In this document: in pieces, positions 57,301 through 64,000 of the stretch
Numbering within the stretch: the stretch's first letter is position 1
Layout: each line of letters begins with the position of its first letter
DNA from: Balanoglossus misakiensis
Taxonomy: Eukaryota > Animalia > Hemichordata
Assembly: GCA_040954595.2 (NCBI GenBank)
Contig: CM082594.2
Span: 698,147-762,146 of the forward strand
Reading direction: 5' to 3'
DNA: 64,000 nucleotides
Translations under genes and position numbers: made by a program
The notes under the pieces: model-generated
What the model saw: the letters and a program-made list of their open reading frames with translations, nothing else
The model's database searches: none
What the model was told of the DNA's origin: nothing

Positions 57301-60300
57301 ATCAGCTAATTTTGGACAATCATCTAAAATGTAAATCATCTTTTCATATTTGGATATCTGATGATGTATGAAATTTCCAATATATGTAAAAATGGTGCTG
57401 ATTATAAAAAATGCACTCTGAATGAGCTGATTTAATACAAAATTGCGTTTTATTCGTTTTTGCACCAAAAAGGTCATTTTTAGGCAAAACATTCTTTATT
57501 TTTTTAATTCGGTGACCTGATCATATATAAGCAATTGCTTGCATGTTAAAAGTTTTTATGACTTTTAAAAGCAGTGACACTGGCGGCATTCAACACGAAA
57601 ATAACAATTTTAACCACAATTTGGTCAAAATGGTAAATTTTTGAAAATTACAAAAAATACCTGTTTTCTACATTTTCGGAAATCTGATGGAGTATAGAAT
57701 GCTCTTCGTATATATATATCGATACAAATTCCACAAAAGACCGTCTAATTTGGCTCACTGCAGACAAAATTGCGTTTTACCAAATTTTCCTTGAAAATGT
57801 CATTTTTAGAAAAATAAAATAAAAAAACCTTCGTTCTTCGAATTTGGTGCCCTGATCATATATGATATGTTGATTGTATGTTAAAACTTTCGACCACTCC
57901 AAAAATGCAGAGATATTGACGGAATTCAAGAAAAAATAGCCATTTTGGCCATATTTTGACAAAATGGTACATTTTTAAAAAATCATAAAAAATAAACTCT
58001 TTTCTTCATTTTCGGAAATATTATGGAGCATGAAGTGTCGTTCTCTTGTAAAAAGTGCTGCAAATTCCAGAAAATGTGGTATAATTTGAATCACCCAAGA
58101 CAAAATTACCATTTTCGACTTGTTTTCGAAAAATTGTCTTTTTTACAAAATAAATAAGAATAAATTCTTTTCTTAGTTTCAAACGGGTAGAGATACTTTC
58201 CACACGGGTTTTCTAACATTGAATTCCCGTTTATCAACTCAGATTTCCTACAGCATAAGTCGGCTAAAACCCTGACACTCTAGAGCAGAAACAGTTGCAC
58301 ACTGATAACGTTGAACAAGTCGATTTTTCTACGGCCTGGCACGGCTAAATCTCGTCACAATATGACAGACACTAGCGTACGTTAGCAACGGTGATCAAGT
58401 CAGATTTTCAACGGCATGGGTTGGATAAAGCCCCGGCACTCTAGAGCAGAAACACGCGTACAGAGACCACGTTGATCAAGTCTGATCTCCTACGGCTTGG
58501 CTCGACTAAAACCCCGGCACACTATGACAGACACTAGCGTTCGTTAGCAACGTTGATCAAGTCAGATTTCCTACGGCATGGCTTTGCTAAAGCCCTGACA
58601 CTCTAGAGCAGAAACACGCGTACAGAGACCACGTTGATCTACTCACATTTCCTTCGGCCTGGCACGGCTGATGCCCCGGCACTATATATAGGACACAGAC
58701 TGGCGTAAGTTAACAACGGTAATCACGTCGGGTTTCCTACGGCCTGGCTCAGCTGAAGCCCCGGCACTCTAGAGCAGAAACAGGCGTACATTGACCACGT
58801 TGATCAAGTCAGATTTCCTACGGCGTGACTCGGCTGGTGCACCGGCTCTATATGACACAGACTGGCGTAAGTTATCAACGGTGATTACGTCGGATTTCCT
58901 ACGGCCTGGTTTAGCTGAAGCCCCGGCACTTTAGAGCGGAAACACGCGTACATTGACCACGATGATCAAGTCAGATCTCCTACGGCCTGGCTCGACTAAA
59001 ACCCCGGCACACCATGACAGACACTAGTGTTCGTTAGCAACGGTGATCAAGTCGGATTTCCTTCGGCCTGGCTCTGCAAAAGACCCGACACTCTAGTACA
59101 AAGACGTTGGCTAAGTCGGGCAAACCGAACAGGGAAAGTCACAGCGGGTCAACACTCGACATTTGTTCGGGTAGGACTGTATTATTGCCTGTCAATTTAT
59201 AGAGAAAGCCCGAATTTAACCAGGGCGTTTCAAACACCGACGTTAGTTGGGGGCACGGCCTGCAGTACTGCCGGGTAAGCTGACATCAGCGTACCGCATA
59301 TAATGTAGGGGGGGGGGGGGAACAGAACGGTTAAATACTACATTTATCAGATATCAGCTAATTTTGGACAATCATCTAAAATGTAAATCATCTTTTCATA
59401 TTTGGATATCTGATGAAGTATGAAATTTCCAATATATGTAAAAATGGTGCTGATTATAAAAAATGCACTCTGAATGAGCTGATTTAATACAAAATTGCGT
59501 TTTATTCGTTTTTGCACCAAAAAGGTCATTTTTAGGCAAAACATTCTTTATTTTTTTAATTCGGTGACCTGATCATATATAAGCAATTGCTTGCATGTTA
59601 AAAGTTTTTATGACTTTTAAAAGCAGTGACACTGGCGGCATACAACACGAAAATAACAATTTTAACCACAATTTGGTCAAAATGGTAAATTTTTGAAAAT
59701 TACAAAAAATACCTGTTTTCTACATTTTCGGAAATCTGATGGAGTATAGAATGCTCTTCGTATATATATATCGATACAAATTCCACAAAAGACCGTCTAA
59801 TTTGGCTCACTGCACACAAAATTGCGTTTTACCAAATTTTCCTTGAAAATGTCATTTTTAGAAAAATAAAATAAAAAAACCTTCGTTCTTCGAATTTGGT
59901 GCCCTGATCATATATGATATGTTGATTGTATGTTAAAACTTTCGACCACTCCAAAAATGCAGAGATATTGACGGAATTCAAGAAAAAATAGCCATTTTGG
60001 CCATATTTTGACAAAATGGTACATTTTTAAAAAATCATAAAAAATAAACTCTTTTCTTCATTTTCGGAAATATTATGGAGCATGATGTGTCGTTCTTTTG
60101 TAAAAAGTGCTGCAAATTCCAGAAAATGTGGTATAATTTGAATCACCCAAGACAAAATTACCATTTTCGACTTGTTTTCGAAAAATTGTCTTTTTTACAA
60201 AATAAATAAGAATAAATTCTTTTCTTAGTTTCAAACGGCTAGAGATACTTTCCACACGGGTTTTCTAACATTGAATTCCCGTTTATCAACTCAGATTTCC

Positions 60301-62038
60301 TACAGCATAAGTCGGCTAAAACCCTGACACTCTAGAGCAGAAACAGTTGCACACTGATAACGTTGAACAAGGCGATTTTCTACGGCCTGGCACGGCTAAA
60401 TCTCGTCACAATATGACAGACACTAGCGTACGTTAGCAACGGTGATCAAGTCAGATTTTCAACGGCATGGGTTGGATAAAGCCCCGGCACTCTAGAGCAG
60501 AAACACGCGTACAGAGACCACGTTGATCAAGTCTGATCTCCTACGGCTTGGCTCGACTAAAACCCCGGCACACTATGACAGACACTAGCGTTCGTTAGCA
60601 ACGTTGATCAAGTCAGATTTCCTACGGCATGGCTTTGCTAAAGCCCTGACACTCTAGAGCAGAAACACGCGTACAGAGACCACGTTGATCTACTCACATT
60701 TCCTTCGGCCTGGCACGGCTGATGCCCCGGCACTATATATAGGACACAGACTGGCGTAAGTTAACAACGGTAATCACGTCGGGTTTCCTACGGCCTGGCT
60801 CAGCTGAAGCCCCGGCACTCTAGAGCAGAAACAGGCGTACATTGACCACGTTGATCAAGTCAGATTTCCTACGGCGTGACTCGGCTGGTGCACCGGCTCT
60901 ATATGACACAGACTGGCGTAAGTTATCAACGGTGATTACGTCGGATTTCCTACGGCCTGGTTTAGCTGAAGCCCCGGCACTTTAGAGCGGAAACACGCGT
61001 ACATTGACCACGATGATCAAGTCAGATCTCCTACGGCCTGGCTCGACTAAAACCCCGGCACACCATGACAGACACTAGCGTTCGTTAGCAACGGTGATCA
61101 AGTCGGATTTCCTTCGGCCTGGCTCTGCAAAAGACCCGACACTCTAGTACAAAGACGTTGGCTAAGTCGGGCAAACCGAACAGGGAAAGTCACAGCGGGT
61201 CAACACTCGACATTTGTTCCGGTAGGACTGCTTTATTGCCTGTCAATTTATAGAGAAAGCCCGAATTTAACCAGGGCGTTTCAAACACCGACGTTAGTTG
61301 GGGGCACGGCCTGCAGTACTGCCGGGTAAGCTGACATCAGCGTACCGCATATAATGTAGGGGGGGGGGGGGAACAGAACGGTTAAATACTACATTTATCA
61401 GATATCAGCTAATTTTGGACAATCATCTAAAATGTAAATCATCTTTTCATATTTGGATATCTGATGATGTATGAAATTTCCAATATATGTAAAAATGGTG
61501 CTGATTATAAAAATGCACTCTGAATGAGCTGATTTAATACAAAATTGCGTTTTATTCGTTTTTGCACCAAAAAGGTCATTTTTAGGCAAAACATTCTTTA
61601 TTTTTTTAATTCGGTGACCTGATCATATATAAGCAATTGCTTGCATGTTAAAAGTTTTTATGACTTTTAAAAGCAGTGACACTGGCGGCATTCAACACGA
61701 AAATAACAATTTTAACCACAATTTGGTCAAAATGGTAAATTTTTGAAAATTACAAAAAATACCTGTTTTCTACATTTTCGGAAATCTGATGGAGTATAGA
61801 ATGCTCTTCGTATATATATATCGATACAAATTCCACAAAAGACCGTCTAATTTGGCTCACTGCAGACAAAATTGCGTTTTACCAAATTTTCCTTGAAAAT
61901 GTCATTTTTAGAAAAATAAAATAAAAAAACCTTCGTTCTTCGAATTTGGTGCCCTGATCATATATGATATGTTGATTGTATGTTAAAACTTTCGACCACT
62001 CCAAAAATGCAGAGATATTGACGGAATTCAAGAAAAAA

Positions 62039-64000
62039 TAGCCAACGTCTTTGTACTAGAGTGTCGGGTCTTTTGCAGAGCCAGGCCGAAGGAAATCCGA
62101 CTTGATCACCGTTGCTAACGAACGCTAGTGTCTGTCATGGTGTGCCGGGGTTTTAGTCGAGCCAGGCCGTAGGAGATCTGACTTGATCATCGTGGTCAAT
62201 GTACGCGTGTTTCCGCTCTAAAGTGCCGGGGCTTCAGCTAAACCAGGCCGTAGGAAATCCGACGTAATCACCGTTGATAACTTACGCCAGTCTGTGTCAT
62301 ATAGAGCCGGTGCACCAGCCGAGTCACGCCGTAGGAAATCTGACTTGATCAACGTGGTCAATGTACGCCTGTTTCTGCTCTAGAGTGCCGGGGCTTCAGC
62401 TGAGCCAGGCCGTAGGAAACCCGACGTGATTACCGTTGTTAACTTACGCCAGTCTGTGTCCTATATATAGTGCCGGGGCATCAGCCGTGCCAGGCCGAAG
62501 GAAATGTGAGTAGATCAACGTGGTCTCTGTACGCGTGTTTCTGCTCTAGAGTGTCAGGGCTTTAGCAAAGCCATGCCGTAGGAAATCTGACTTGATCAAC
62601 GTTGCTAACGAACGCTAGTGTCTGTCATAGTGTGCCGGGGTTTTAGTCGAGCCAAGCCGTAGGAGATCAGACTTGATCAACGTGATCTCTGTACGCGTGT
62701 TTTTGCTCTAGAGTGCCGGGGCTTTATCCAAGCCATGCCGTAGAAAATCTGACTTGATCACCGTTGCTAACGTACGCTAGTGTCTGTCATATTGTGACGG
62801 AGATTTAGCCGAGCCAGGTCGTAGAAAAATCGACTTGTTCAACGTTACCAGTGTGCAACTGTTTCTGCTCTAGAGTGTCAGGGTTTTAGCCGACTTATGC
62901 TGTAGGAAATCTGAGTTGATGAACGGGAATTCAATGTTAGAAAACCCGTGTGGAAAGTATCCCTACCCGTTTGAAACTAAGAAAAGAATTTATTCTTATT
63001 TATTTTGTAAAAAAGACAATTTTTCGAAAACATGTCGAAAATGGTAATTTTGTCTTGGGTAATTCAAATTATACCACATTTTCTGGAATTTGCAGCACTT
63101 TTTACAAGAGAACGACACTTCATGCTCCATAATATTTCCGAAAATCAAGAAAAGAGTTTATTTTTTATGATTTTTTAAAAATGTACCATTTTGTCAAAAT
63201 ATGGCCAAAATGGCTATTTTTTCTTGAATTCCGTCAATATCTCTGCATTTTTGGAGTGGTCGAAAGTTTTAACATACAATCAACATATCATATATGATCA
63301 GGGCACAAAATTCGAAGAACGAAGGTTTTTTATTTTATTTTTCTAAAAATGACATTTTCAAGGAAAATTTGGTAAAACGCAATTTTGTCTGCAGTGAGCC
63401 AAATTAGACGGTCTTTTGTGGAATTTGTATCGATATATATATATACGAAGAGCATTCTATACTCCATCAGATTTCCGAAAATGTAGAAAACAGGTATTTT
63501 TTGTAATTTTCAAAAATTTACCATTTTGACCAAATTGTGGTTAAAATTGTTATTTTCGTGTTGAATGCCGCCAGTGTCACTGCTTTTAAAAGTCATAAAA
63601 ACTTTTAACATGCAAGCAATTGCTTATATATGATCAGGTCACCGAATTGAAAAAATAAAGAATGTTTTGCCTAAAAATGACCTTTTTGGTGCAAAAATGA
63701 ATAAAACGCAATTTTGTATTAAATCAGCTCATTCAGAGTGCATTTTTTATAATCAGCACCATTTTTACATATATTGGAAATTTCATACATCATCAGATAT
63801 CCAAATATGAAAAGATGATTTACATTTTAGATGATTGTCCAAAATTAGCTGATATCTGATAAATGTAGTATTTAACCGTTCTGTCCCCCCCCCCCCCCTA
63901 CATTATATGCGGTACGCTGATGTCAGCTTACCCGGCAGTACTGCAGGCCGTGCCCCCAACTAACGTCGGTGTTTGAAACGCCCTGGTTAAATTCGGGCTT
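62039..64000 (+). repeat. Macrosatellite, right block, back in poly-C orientation (~1 monomer, runs off the window)
   Basis: After TAGCCA (62039-62044) the sequence follows the + strand monomer (compare 1931 onward). Confidence 0.95.

Larger units (their letters stand above)
11501..62044 (-). repeat. ~2.05-kb macrosatellite, central block in reverse orientation (~14 monomers), interrupted by five retroelements
   Basis: Satellite occupies 11501-14565, 19943-21698, 23170-29262, 36586-40419, 45045-49865 and 54364-62044; periods of 2060, 2060, 2045, 2050, 1561, 2047 and 2052 bp between equivalent positions. Confidence 0.97.

Overview
Eukaryotic (most likely invertebrate animal; inference) heterochromatin-type DNA with no recognisable host gene. 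The backbone is a ~2.05-kb tandem macrosatellite (~18 monomers). Each monomer has an AT-rich part (~3 degenerate ~330-bp units), a poly-C/G tract, a GC-rich ~200-bp segment and typically 9-11 copies of an 81-bp subrepeat alternating as a 162-bp dimer. The array switches strand twice (around 9 kb and at 62.04 kb). Six retrotransposons from five lineages interrupt it, together ~28 kb: a folded-back BEL/Pao remnant, a full-length CR1/L2-group LINE, a second BEL/Pao 3' fragment, an intact chromodomain-bearing Ty3/gypsy, a 5'-truncated L1/Tx1 LINE and an intact Ty1/copia with identical LTRs. A probable non-autonomous Helentron-like element ends at the window start. Most notable: (i) a palindrome centred in the BEL RT whose mirror symmetry seems to extend through the satellite to ~56 kb; (ii) repeated microhomology/templated-insertion scars; (iii) clustered insertion sites within the monomer and no nested insertions; (iv) a LINE whose ORF2 is in frame with ORF1 behind a single TGA and has no AUG. 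All comparisons were made by eye.
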